DNA of 64,000 nt, taken from Octopus sinensis. Lineage: Eukaryota. The position numbers were made by a program, and so were the translations under genes. Positions within the stretch are counted from its first letter, which is position 1, and every line of letters starts with the position of its first letter. The notes under the pieces are model-generated. The model was given only the letters and a program-made list of their open reading frames with translations, was not told where the DNA came from and made no database searches. Below, piece after piece: positions 1 to 13,237 of this stretch. The stretch spans positions 79,112,001 to 79,176,000 of the forward strand of contig NC_043006.1 of NCBI RefSeq assembly GCF_006345805.1. The letters are read 5' to 3'.

Positions 1-959
1 TCGCTTTCTTAGAAGGCGGACAGTGCCTAAAACCCTTGACAGAGCCTCCAAGATTGGTTGGAGTTATGGCGAGCGGGATGAATGGGAAGAGAGGAAGAGA
101 GTGATAAAGGGATTCTCAAACCAGAGAACTGGTCTGAACGCGTGCCATGCTCTATGGCTCAATTTCTTAAGATGTCATTAGGTACAATGTATAGGGACAT
201 CTCACTACTTCAAACAGACATACGAGGGTCGGCTGAGAAGTTGATAGGCCAACCAAGATACGCTCATGGAATAGATCAAATTAGGTTTATTTTGCAATAA
301 ATGCTCAACGTACTTCCCAGCCAAATTTTTTTCATGTTTTGGAATAGATGATATTCAGACGGGGAAAAATCAGAACAGAGAGGGTGATCAACCAGTTCAA
401 AGCAACAGTCACGTACATCAGCCATTGAAACCTAGGACTTGTGTAATATTGTGTAAATATTCTTTTCCTTCTATTGGTTTCGAGGAGCTAAGAAAAAGCC
501 GCCCTACTACTAAGCCACAGATCAGAGATGTTCGATCCATTCTGTCAGCCTTCAGTTTTGATGGTAACTTGCATGTGATTGACGACTAAAATTCTTCGAA
601 ATCGACAGTTCCTAAATGTCTAATGAATACTCGGGAATCCATCACTTGACAAATAAGCAGTTTCACAATTTTCAATATCTTACAACATTATCGATCAAAA
701 GTTTGTTTTAAAAAGATCAAAAGTATCAAACTACTTAGAGGGTTGTGGTGTTATATTCCTTTTTCCAAATCATCGAAAGAATATATTTGTTTTGCAAGAT
801 TTTTGATGTGAAATCGTGTGTTGAAACAGATATTGTTGTATTTAGGAATGGTCATTTTGCCAGTTTAGCCAATAAAAATACACTAACTAAACATAGACAC
901 ACATAGAGGTATATGCATGCGCAAATGAAGACACATACAATAGGAATACAAAATACAAA

Positions 960-1760
960 ATGGCTGACCGTTTGTAAGGAGAGACACACAAATAAGAAAG
1001 AAGAAAGCAAAGGATCATCAGGATTAGAACTCTCTCATGTCTAGTGTTTATCTGCAGTCAGTCGTCACGGCTACGACATGATTTGATATGTTTTCTCCAT
1101 ATTGATCGGTTTTTCGCTTCGGTTTGCCATTTATCAAGACCAATTCCTTTACAGGTCATATTCCTTTCCGCAGTATATTTGAACCTCAGTCTAGATCTTC
1201 CATGGTTTCTTTTCCCTTTGCATAGCTGAGAATAAAGGATTTGTCAAGGGGGTCTACTGTTGTCCATCCTGCATTCCGACCAACATAAATTTTTCTATCA
1301 ATAACAATTTCAATCTCAGGAAGCAGACCAGCATGTCGTAAGATCTCTTTATTCCTGATCTTGTCAAAGAAAGTGATATTCATAATTTTTCGCGGCTGTC
1401 TCATCATATATGCATGTAACTTGTCTAGTGTACAGAACCGAAATCGACTACTGAAGCTAGAGTTGCAGCCGATAGTGTTTGATAATGTTTGATTAAGCAG
1501 ACGTACAACCAAAGGTGTTTCAAATAATCGAAAACATCCCACCTTTTTTTGTGTGTGTGAAATTAGAACTGACTGCATTTTCCAATGTATCTTTCTTGTC
1601 TCGTAGCATGTTTGACTGCTATTTCTAGCACGTCAAGAAATGATCGCATGTAGGCTGTCTCGCTGGTCCTCTTGATAGTTCTAAAGATAGCAAAGGTAGC
1701 AGAGGGTAACTAGATGCAATCCTCAAATATTCTCAATTCGTACAATCTTGTGTATTACTC
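960..1760 (-). mobile_element. RTE-like LINE 3' remnant
   Basis: Minus ORF 1186-1578 resembles the C-terminal region downstream of RT in RTE elements (…RKIMNITFFDKIRNKEILRHAGL…); degenerate. Confidence 0.65.
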
Positions 1761-2026
1761 ACTGTTATGTCATGTAAATAAATTCAGTCGGTCAGCAGTG
1801 AAATGGATACATTAAACCTGCGATACATTAAACCCCAATGAATGTTAGCTTGCAAAAATACCACAAAATCAATACTATATTTACTCTGGTAGTTTGACGT
1901 AGAACAGGCGAATAATACATACACACACACACAAATAAATAAATAATATATATATACATACACGTACATAAAATAAATACATTATTAAAAACATATATCA
2001 TATATATATATATATATGCATATATA

Positions 2027-2069
<43 letters not shown>

Positions 2070-2229
2070 TGATATATTATATATATATATATATATATAA
2101 TATATATATATTTATATATAATAATATATATATATATTATATATTTATATATATCTATATCCCTCTTCTCCTCACTACACCACATGACTTTACACATCAC
2201 ATCACATAGTATGGCCATACTAAGACACA

Positions 2230-2827
2230 CACCCACTAATACATACTAATACGTACTAATACATACTAGTACATACTAATACTTACACCAACCCTATACA
2301 TACACACGTCCAGACCCCGCATACGCACTTATACTCTCCACACACACACCACACACCTATACCTACCAATACGTACTAATACATACTATACATACACCAA
2401 CCCCATACATACGCACGTCCAGACCAATCTTACGCACTAATACTCTCTCATACACACACACACCTTATACATACTAATACATACACCAACCCTATACATA
2501 CACACATCCAGACCCCTCCCACGCACTTTTAGCTGGTCCCTCAACCCATTTACACCCTATTATCTCCCCTTATTTCGCTCTCGCGTCTCATGTTTGATCT
2601 TTGACCTCTGGCCGAATCAGATCGCCATGTTGATCTCGTTGCTACGGCACGCATTTTTTTTCTCTCCTTCTTTCGTGTTTTTCCTCTCTGTGTATCTTTC
2701 TGTTGAAGAGCGTAGGCTCGAAACGTTAAGACTTGTTTTTATTTATATTTCCTGAGCGCCATACTAATACAATTGTTCGTTTGTTTCCACCTGCCTTCGT
2801 CTTTTGTTTATTTCATAAAGCTTCCCG

Positions 2828-2829
<2 letters not shown>
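2230..2829 (+). mobile_element. Non-coding element with tandem ~90-110 bp repeats and a variant hammerhead (CUGUUGA core at 2700), ending in (TA)n
   Basis: Second copy of its 3' part on the minus strand at ~14262-14455; GAGC/GCUC helix II and GAAACGU. Confidence 0.65.
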
Positions 2830-2887
<58 letters not shown>

Positions 2888-3342
2888 ATATATATATAAT
2901 AGTATATAACATATATATATATATAAACGTAGACTTAGATAAACTTAGATATGTTTCGATCAATGTTGGTCCAGGCCATGTCTAACTTAATAGCACCACC
3001 TGATAGTATTATTTGAATCCTGTTTAAGTCAAGTTTGTTTATGGTCCATTCAAGTAGTGAGTTTTGTTGGTGAGTTGTATCCAATTATGGGTGGCTTACT
3101 GGTATTCCTTGAAGGAATCTATCCAGACTCCATATATATATATATAATATATATATATATATATACATATATATAGCCATATTTAATTCCATAACGGCTT
3201 CCTCTGATGAGCGCAATGTTGCATAATTGGACGGTTACCTAAGACTCCGTTGAACCCTTAATGAGAATCGATTGGTAAGAACGACCGTAACAAATATAAA
3301 TACTGTAACACTTCGATTTATATATATATATATATATATACA

Positions 3343-3524
3343 TATTAGAAGGTTTGGAGATGATGTACAGGTATATATATTAGAAGGAATAAGGTACTCA
3401 GAATCTAGATGGTTTTATATTTACAGATATTAATTAATATGTCACATGTTTTTATATTCATATATTAGCGCTTGCGTCCAGATTTATAAAAACCATCCAG
3501 ATTTCTGAGTACCTTATTTCTTCT

Positions 3525-3527
<3 letters not shown>
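3343..3527. repeat. Short inverted-repeat element, same family as 26942-27220, embedded in (TA)n
   Basis: aataaggtactcagaa..atggttttat and its reverse complement about 70 bp downstream; family match to the 27 kb copy. Confidence 0.75.
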
Positions 3528-3596
<69 letters not shown>

Positions 3597-3822
3597 CTAT
3601 ATATTATATATGATATATATATATATAACTATATATAATATATATAATATAAGTGTGTATTTTTATGTGTCTTGGAGTCAGTATGTCAATATTAATGATA
3701 CATGAACAAGATCAATTCCACTTCTTTATTGTTAGTCAATTGGTTAAATATTTTACCAATTAACAAATCGATGATCTGTTTAATGTGTTGGTTAAACAAT
3801 CACTTGCCTATTTGTTTGTATT

Positions 3823-3999
3823 ATACTCTTTACTCTTTACTCTTTTACTTGTTTTAGTCATTTGACTGTGGCTATGTTGGAGCACCGCCTTTAGTCGAGC
3901 AAAATCTACCCCAGGACTTAGTTCTTTGTAAGCCTTGTACTTACTCTATCGGTCTCTTGCCGAACCGCTACGTTACGGGACATAAACACAGACACTGGA

Positions 4000-4081
<82 letters not shown>

Positions 4082-4298
4082 ATATATATATTATATATAT
4101 ATATACATATATATATATACATATATACGACGGGCTTCTTTCAGTTTCCGTCTACCAAATCCACTCACAAAATCCACTGGCTTTGGTCGCCCGAGGCTAT
4201 AGTAGAAGACACTTGCCCAAGGTGCCACGCAGTGGGACTGAATCCAGAACCATGTGATTCGTAAGCAAGCTACTTACCACACGCCACTCCTACGCCTA
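3823..4298 (-). mobile_element. Composite tRNA-derived SINE (CORE-like CCTTGGGCAAGTG segment, internal (TA)n/(TG)n, (AAAGAGT)n-like tail)
   Basis: Same architecture as + strand copies at 48698-49190, 37093-37490 and 35575-36250; partial copies at 10708-10990, 13490-13690, 15640-15800, 18960-19620, 43915-44120, 50708-51020. Confidence 0.85.
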
Positions 4299-4956
4299 TA
4301 TATATTATATATCATATATGCATGCATATATAATATTGTATTATATTTTATGATTATACATATATGTATTAAAGATACTTAACAGTTCGTATAAGCATAG
4401 CAATACTAGTGTGTGTGCGTGCGCGTGCGTGTGTGTGTGTGATTCAGAATAAAGCGTTAGACGAGTACAGAGGGGAATACGAAATTAAAAGAACGACAAA
4501 GGAATAGCAACTACGTAATCAATTTCATTAGCTTACAGCACAGCTTGTTTCTGCTGTCAGATGCAGTGCACCCTGAGCTGTGATGGACAAGCATTCAGCT
4601 GTGAGTATACCGCATCGAAGAGCAGAAACAATTGTAAGCTATTGAAGTTGATTGCAACATGAAACTGTATATAACAAGTGTGAACATGTTTAGGTTTATT
4701 ATATATAGACCAAATGCAAAACAATAGATCACAGCAACCACTGATATAATTGCGCTTATAGACGCATACATACACATACATACACACATACAACACACAC
4801 ACACATATATACACATGAGTGTGTACGAGCACGAGCATTTATGTATACATGTACGAATGCATGCATGCGTGTATGTGTGTGTATATATATATATACACAC
4901 ACACGCGGATATATATAAAATATAATACAATATTATCAATATTACATATATATTTA

Positions 4957-5003
<47 letters not shown>

Positions 5004-5378
5004 GCACACTTACATACAGACATAAAAGAATAGAATATTATTCATAGTATACATATATGTTTGTGCGTACGTATGTATATATATATATATATATATATGT
5101 CTGTATGTTTGCATATAGATATATGTAACATACACACACACACATATATACACACACACATTCATACATACGTACATACATACATAAATACATACATACA
5201 TACATACATGCGTGCAACCCATAAGAAAGATTTTTCTGCATGCTTTATTTTCACGGTCTGCAAATTTCAGTTCCTAATTTAGACCATTTCCGTTTCCGCT
5301 ATTGATGTGGGTATACCTCTTCAATCATTGTGCACTCACTATAAGAAGTCTGGTGGGATACTCACAAGCGATTTCCTG

Positions 5379-5441
<63 letters not shown>

Positions 5442-5445
5442 TGTG

Positions 5446-5476
<31 letters not shown>

Positions 5477-7039
5477 GTATGCTTGCCTTATTTTATTTAC
5501 CAATGTTTTACCCAGTAATGGCTCAAATTTTTAACGTAGAGCAGGGGTGGGAAAGCCCCCGTCCGCGGACGCAATTGCGCCCTCTGGTTGATATACTCGT
5601 ATGTACAAAATAAAGTAAAATTTTCAATTATAAAATTTATACAATACTCCGATAGGTATTTGCGACATAGGTCGTGTTTCTGCTACCACTTAAAACGGTC
5701 AGATTCGAACAGAAATCCTCCGGTAATTGCCATTTGAATGGGAATTGTGTCTTCACTATAAAACACATATCGCTAGGTTTGTACCACCCCGCTTGAGACC
5801 CAACTACACTCTAGCTGAGAAAACTAAAAAATATATTGCATGTATCAAAATAATTTTTAAATGAAACGAAAGCCGAAGGGTTCTAGAAGATACAGTGTAA
5901 ACATTGTTCATATACAAGAACCCAAGTCTTTCATTTTTCACGTTCTTAGGAAAAAAATCTCCGAAATCGACACTCACCCTCTTTCTGTCAATCGATAAGC
6001 AAAACATTTTTAAATCTATCAAAAATCAAAAACAAATTGGTAAAGCTTCATCGAAACAGAAACTACTAATTAAATGCTTTGCGAACATGATTATAAAAAA
6101 ATATTACTAACTTTTTTTCTGAAAAAGCAGTGAAAAATAACGTTTTTCGAAAGGGATGTTGCATTTTTGCTATCAGTCGATGGCGTTACTGTCATCTGCC
6201 ACCGACTTATCTTTCGCATTCGAGGAGAGTACAACTGTCGAGCGAATCTGTAATTAAGATCGTTCCGCCGACCTCCCTGAATAGGGAGGAGCGAGCTTGT
6301 TTTCTCTCGGTAGTTGCTGTGGCGAATGAGATAGTATGGAAGACGAGAGTGAAAGGAATTGCAACAGGCATGTTCATCTCCAGTCTCGAGCTAATCGACG
6401 TTTTCGTTTTCCACATGAAACGGAAAATAAGGCTGGAGAAGAAATGCCTGTCGCAAAGTGTGTTTCGTAAATGATGGAAGTCTATAACAAGTATGTTGCG
6501 AGTGAAAGAACCTGTTTAAACGAGAATATAAAAAGGAGAAAGCAAAGCCTTCAGTGTGAGTATGTGGTTTGTGGGGTCGACCGCGTCCTCCGCTTCATTT
6601 TTTGTAAATCACTCATTCTCATTTAATTGTATATATTTTAATTGTTTGTTTATTCATACGTTTCGTCTCATTCAATACCTTGACCCCAATGTTTGTTTTG
6701 TCTGCCTCGTATCGTCCCCTCTTTTTCTAAACCTTAAGAAATTGACTTATCAGTTATCGCCCTTCTCTATCCACTCGCTTGTCAACACCTCTGTGGACAA
6801 GAGAAAGAGAAAATGTCAAATTAAACCTTGCAGGACCAAACAATACCTTAATTTTTTGCAGATTTTTATTTCTTACAATTTTCACAACACTGAATGCATG
6901 CATTACGACAACAAGCCAGTTGGCTTTTGCGTTTCCCAGGCAGTGGTAATAACAAAAATTGATAATATAAATTTAACCGGTTTATAACTTTCTTAACTTT
7001 GTTAAATCAATTTTCCAATGCCCTTATCAATATGGCAAG

Positions 7040-8940
7040 CGGTTATAAAAATCTTATAAAAAGAAGTGCTGGTGAACTTGCTTTGTTTGATGAAAAATGA
7101 ACTGAAAATCGATTATCTCCCTTCCCCTTTCTCTAGTAGAAAGAGATATTTTGTAGAGTGAGCTTCTCAAAATGGGAGCTTTACATTACGGTTCTGCTTC
7201 GTAATGTTTTGTTGAGTGGAGTTTGGCAAAAGTAAAAACTAACAAACTTTTTTTAATGAAAAAGATAAGTGCATTCGTCTTATTTGCAACGAACAAGTAG
7301 CCGTTCATAAAAAATATAATATAGGGAGGCATTTTGTCAATAAGCATAAGACTTATGGAAATTTGAAAGAATCTGAACGTTTTGACAAGAAAATCTGACC
7401 AAAAGAGAAGTTTTTTTTTAAAGGCCAATTCTTCAAAGTTAATCAGTTACTCGAGCTAATTCTGCGGTATACGAAAATATTGCTAAAAAACTCTAACCAC
7501 ATAGCGATGGAGAATTCGTGAAAGAATCTTTTCTACTCTAGGCACAAGGCCCGAAATTTTGGGGTAGGGGGCCAGTCGATTAGACTGACCTCAGTACGCA
7601 ACTGGTACTTAATTTATTGACCTCGAAGGAGGAAAGGCAAAGTCGACCTCGGCTGAATTTGAACTCAGAACGTGAAGACCGCCAAGCATTTCGCCCGTTT
7701 CCACCACCTCGCCACCTTGAATTCGTGAAAGAATGTACCCTTACTGCTGTTGAGAATATATGCCCAGAAAAACTTAATTTGTCTGGAAATATTAGCTTAT
7801 CAAGAACTGTTTCTAATCGTATTAAAGATATTGCTGATGACACTCAAAATTCTCTAAAATCTGATTCAGAATTCGTATTGCATTCATTGGCTATTGATGA
7901 GGCAACTAATCTGTCTAATTACTGCTCAGATGGCAATATTTGTACGTGCACTAACTGCAAAATTCAACATTCGGGAAGATTCTTATGTAAAGTTTATGTG
8001 CAAAATCTATCAAGAGGGGCAATGGTAATGAAAGTTGTAACTAAGGCCGTTAATTTTTTAAAAAGCAAAAGGTTGAATAATAGGGAATTTAAAGAAATTT
8101 GAAATTTCTTGAAGCCGAATATGGGGATTTATTGTACCATTGTGGAGTTTGTGGTTAAGTAAGGCTCAAATGCTTAAGTTATTTTTTGAACTGAAGGAAG
8201 GAGTGAAAATTTTTATGGATATTAAAGGTGTTCCGATTATAGAACTGGAAGATAAAAAGTTTCAAAGTGATTTAGCATTTTTAGTAGATATAACTAGTCA
8301 TTTAAATAATTTGAACTTGAAACTACAAAGCTCCAATCAACTAATAACTAGTTTACTTTTTCATATCAAAAGCCTTCAATTGATGCTTCATTCATTTGTC
8401 ACACAATTGAAAAGAAAGTGCTTCAAACATTTTCCGAAATTGAGCGAACAACATCCCGAATCAACAAAGGAATATTCTGACGAATATGAAAGTTTTTTGA
8501 AGAAATTTGAAATTAGATTTGAAGAACTACAAGATAAAATCGAACTTCGTGTTTTGAAAACACCTTTTGATATGTGTCCTGAGGAGGATCCGGATTCCTA
8601 ATAATTAGAATTAATTGGTTTGCCGTCGGATAACTTAATAAAATCGAAATATAGTAATCCGACTTTATTGGACTTCTACAAGCTCATCAATCTTGAGAAA
8701 TTCCCTGCTTTACATAAAAATGCCTTGAAATTCGTATCACAATATTCGACAACTTATCAATATGAACAGCTTTTTCCCAAATTGAATTATGCAAAAAATC
8801 GTCTTCGTACCAGACTTACGAACGAAAACCCGAGTAAACTAAGAATACCACTTTCTTCAATAGACGTGATATTCCTAAACTTTCAAAAAAAGAGAAAAAA
8901 GTTTGTTTCATCCTTCTCACTAAACAAAGCCAAATCTTAA
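7040..8940 (+). pseudogene. hAT transposase pseudogene with frameshifts, stops and two insertions
   Basis: ORF pieces 7617-8102, 8140-8601 and 8620-8940 are colinear transposase fragments; interrupted at ~7106-7250 and 7528-7718. Confidence 0.85.
7528..7718 (-). mobile_element. Abundant tRNA-derived SINE (core GTCGACTTTGCCTTTCATCCTTTCGGGGTCGAT) inserted in the transposase
   Basis: 16-bp TSD gaattcgtgaaagaat at 7512-7527 and 7719-7734; removing it restores DGEFVKECTL. Many other copies, e.g. 20440-21060, 24455-24645, 29900-30560, 34095-34700, 35180-35390, 44500-44920, 49815-50175, 61410-61870, 62870-63340. Confidence 0.9.
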
Positions 8941-9814
8941 AGTTAGGGTTTATTAGCTTTGATAAAATTATCACTAGGATAAATTTGTTTGACTATGTCA
9001 TTTACACATAATACTATTTAGTTATTAATGTAATTTTTCAAAATTAAATTCGGTCTGTGCCTGACTGTTATGATTTCTCCAACATTAGGATAAGTACTTT
9101 TTGAAAAATATAGAATACCTCATAAGTAATATAAACGTCCTAAATTCAGTGGCGGCATTAATGAAGATGTTATGCGATATGTTTAATGTGTTAAACTTAT
9201 CTTTATTAATGTATATCGGATTATACATAGACATCCACACAGATAAAAGAGTCAGAACATATGATCTGCCCGCAGACCTTTTTCTTTGAAAATTTCTGCC
9301 CGCCGTACTAAAAAGTTTCCCTACCTCTGGCCTAGAGTGTTGAAATCTTAATTTCTTTAATAAGAAAAGAATCTTGCTATTTGAAGTGTCACACATATAA
9401 ATATCATTCCACCCCATAACCTCTGAAGTTTTGGCAATTTCGGGTGAATTCCGGTCCTAGAGTTCCATCCAAATATAATATTCATCTAACATTTATTGTA
9501 AGATTTTGAGGAGGGAAGACAATGAACTGATGGAATCGTTAGCAGCATTTTCTTCCGGTTTTAGTTTTCGAGTTCAAATTCTGCTGAGGTCGTATGGCCT
9601 TTCATCCTTTCAGGGTCGATAAGATGAGTACCAATTCAGCACTGTGGTCAATGAAATCGATTATCTCTCTTCCCCTTTCTCCAGTAGAAAGAGATATTTT
9701 GTAGAGTGAGCTTCTCAAAATGGAAGCTTTACATTACGGTTCTGCTTCGTAATGTTTTGTTGAGTGGAGTTTGGCAAAAGTAAAAACTAACAAACTTTAG
9801 CAAAAGTCATCTAG

Positions 9815-10005
9815 ATTTTGACCTAAAACTATGGTTATTGAAAGTGATGTATATTGTGCCAATGATATTTGGTGCCTTAGGTAGAGTGAGCAAAGAAATG
9901 TGTAAGTTGTGGATAAAATAGGAATAAAAATGAAACTTGAGTACATCCAGAAAACAGTATTACTTATCAGTGCAGTGAGTCTCCGCAAAGTTCTCAAGAC
10001 TTGAA
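9815..10005 (+). mobile_element. R4/Dong-like (REL endonuclease) LINE 3' fragment
   Basis: Translates to VPMIFGALG…IQKTVLL…RKVL*, the typical C-terminus of this clade. Confidence 0.7.
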
Positions 10006-10409
10006 AAGAACACGCCACAGAAAACTGTAAATGTTGCGCCTATAATTGGTACGTTGAGAACTAAGTAAAAATATAGACAAATGGTTGTAGGAGATTGGAA
10101 TAGAATGTGCTGTAGAGCTTTTACAGAAAGTTTGCCTGTTAGGGATTGGACAGATTATCAGGCAGGTTCTAAGCACTTGAAGGCTAGTGCTTACCTAAGG
10201 TCACAAGTAATAACTCCTTCCAAGCACTGCTGTAAAGAGTAGAAATAACGTTAAAACTTAGCGTGTGCACACAGCAGAGTTCAAAGTCAATATGTGCTTT
10301 AGCTTCGTTACTATGGCAACAGTCCGAACACTTATTGATCAGACCTCGTACATGTGTGTGTGGGGGGGGGGTAACGAAGTCTGATCAATAATTGATATAT
10401 ATATATATA

Positions 10410-10623
10410 CATAATGTGACCGCGTGTGTACCGTTGTCGATTTTTTTCCTCCGTCTACCCTTCTTTGAATCTTTCCTTTTCCTATGTTTCTGACGAAGAG
10501 CTCCGCTCGAAACGTTAAACCCTCCTTCTTCCCCTCCTTCCTGAGTGTCCAATAACACTCTACTTGTTCCACGTCCTCGCGTTGTTGTGTTTTCTCTTTG
10601 TGTTTTCATGTTTGGATTAACTT
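10410..10623 (+). mobile_element. ~210-nt non-coding repeat (family A) carrying a minimal type-I hammerhead
   Basis: Three copies with the same ends: 10410-10623 (+), 26725-26929 (-), 35775-35978 (+); all flanked by (TA)n/(TG)n. Confidence 0.85.
10486..10520 (+). ncRNA. Minimal type-I hammerhead ribozyme (family A)
   Basis: GUUU-CUGACGA-A-GAGC(UCC)GCUC-GAAA-CGUU-AAAC; palindromic ACGU helix III. Confidence 0.8.
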
Positions 10624-10634
10624 TATATATATGT

Positions 10635-10685
<51 letters not shown>

Positions 10686-11574
10686 GTGTGTGTGTGTATG
10701 TATATACAGACGCAGGCGTGACTGTGTGGTAAGAAGCTTCGTTCCCAACTACAGGGGCAAGTGCCTTCTACTATAGCTTCGGGTCGACCAGAGCTTTGTG
10801 AATGGATTTGGTAGACGGAAACTGAAAGAAGCCCGTCGTATATGTGTGTGTGCGCGCGCACGTGTCTGTGTCTGTGTCTGTGTGCGTCTGTATGTATGTG
10901 CATGGTGCAGCCAGCATGGCTGCAGCTTTGAGCTGAAACCGATAAAAGTAAAATATATAAACACACACACACACACACACACACATACAGAGTAGTGTCA
11001 TGTGGTGAGAAGCAAGAAAGATTTATCTGTTCCTGGTTTGCTCATTGAGCAACTGCAACAACGATATGTTGCGATGGTGTTTGTCACCGAAGCATTGAAT
11101 ATTACAGAACGTTTTCTTTTATTTAGGTCAATGTAAAAATTACAGGTAAATAGAGAGACAAAAAAGACACAGGTAAGAAAGGAAGACTGACACAGTAGGC
11201 ACACAGTTCATTAGTTAAATTCAATAGGCATGCTTGTATATTTGGGTTTTTTAATGTACACTGAAGTGAATGTTATTCCTACATACACACATATACAGTT
11301 GAACTTATATAGTGCTAGCCGTTCCAAAACACTAACTCAAGGAATTTCCTTTTTCATTTGACTACATAATTTGTCCTGAATACCATTAGTGTCACATGAT
11401 CTGTCACATGACGTCGTAAAGATCGTCGTTTTTGTTTTTGTTTTTTGTTTGTTTTTTTTCAACCAAGTGACGTTTTTTTAATGATTTCGTCTTCCTTTCT
11501 TACAAAGAACAGAAAAGTTATTGTCAACGCCATATTTTCGTCGTTCTCTCGTTTTTTTCTTTCATCATCATCTC

Positions 11575-11630
<56 letters not shown>

Positions 11631-11648
11631 ATTATCTCTCTCTCTCTT

Positions 11649-11747
<99 letters not shown>

Positions 11748-11872
11748 TTCTCTCTCCTGCATCGGAGAACTTCCTATTCTATGGCGCTACAAAATGAATA
11801 TTTATCAACTTCACGAACTATTTTTCTTTTTACTAGTATTCAAAAGTAACCTTCGTGAGAATGTACGCATAC

Positions 11873-11960
<88 letters not shown>

Positions 11961-12523
11961 CATCCCTTTGTCACCTGAAACTCCTTTAAAAACATATACA
12001 CAATACTTTTCCTTCCAGTTTACACGCCCAAATGTGTGCTCTCGCTCTGTGTGATTTCTACGTGATTCTCCTTCTTTGTGTTGCGTTTGTTCCTTTGTTG
12101 TAGTTCCTTCTTTTTTTTTTCTTATAAGTTGGTCAAATTTTCTCTACCATTTAGTCACACCACTTGTTACAGTTCTTTGTCATTTCGTTAGTGAAGCTCT
12201 AAACTCCTTAAAATCAGTTTTCTTCACTGCTTCTGTGTCTGCCTTGGCCTTTTATTTTTTAACGTCTCCCGCAGGTTCCTTCCCATTCGATCACCTCGCA
12301 CCCCTTTACTTGAGTATTATTCTCCATACGCATCTTATGTCCGTCCATGCAAGCACAGTCTTCTCTGTCTTGGACAATATATCTGATTCTTCTTAAAGCT
12401 GGATTTAGCAGGGTGGAGGGGTTTTTCCTCTCCGCCCATTTCAGCTAAGCGAGTAATCGTTCATTATCTTTGTCACTTCAGTATTATTAAGAGCCTCGCT
12501 TCTGGCTTCAAGAGTGTGTGTGT

Positions 12524-12583
<60 letters not shown>

Positions 12584-12720
12584 TGTGTATGCGTGCGTGC
12601 AGGCAGTCTCAAACAAAGGGACTGGTGATCATGGTTACGTATTAGACAATAAAAGCGCTTGTTCTAGTCCGGCTTAATTGCGTTCAAAACATGTCTTATC
12701 ATTACGAGACACCCTGTGCG

Positions 12721-12756
<36 letters not shown>

Positions 12757-12835
12757 TGTATGTATGTATGTATGTATGTATGTATGTATGCATGTATGTA
12801 TGTATGTATGTAGTTTGTATATATATATATATATA

Positions 12836-12912
<77 letters not shown>

Positions 12913-13145
12913 ATATATATGTATATAGACAGACAGACAGATAGATAGATAGATGTTTTTTCTAGATTTATATCTAGGACTACATTGTCCAATGTTTCCA
13001 TCCTTATTTTTTAAGACAGTGGGATGTGATATGAAAGAATCTGATCATTATTTCTAACTGGTCGAGCGACCTCGTATAGACAGGCTCTCTCTGTAGGTGT
13101 GTCCGATGGTTGGAGAATGAGAGTAGGGGTGATAGACAGACAGAC

Positions 13146-13237
<92 letters not shown>

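Larger units (their letters stand above)
5542..9329 (+). mobile_element. hAT DNA transposon (SPIN/Charlie/GTF2IRD2-like) with decayed transposase
   Basis: TIRs CAGGGGTGGGAAA (5542) and TTTCCCTACCTCTG (ends 9329); degenerate 8-bp TSD acgtagag/gcctagag; fragments CIRLICNEQVAVHKKYN, GEFVKEC, SLAIDEAT, DLAFLVDITSHLNNLNLKLQ. Confidence 0.9.

Noticed and set aside
82-720. ORF 82-300 and the following unique sequence
   Set aside because: No recognisable domain or splice structure; left unannotated.
4561-4600. Short ATG-initiated segment with a gtgagt donor (MQCTLSCDGQAFS)
   Set aside because: Too short and not resembling TM1; probably chance.
12625-12700. CUGGUGA…AAAACAUGUC hammerhead-like remnant; similar weak traces at 2950-3000 and 55950-56070
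   Set aside because: Core bases are altered and helix I is not supported; too degenerate to call.
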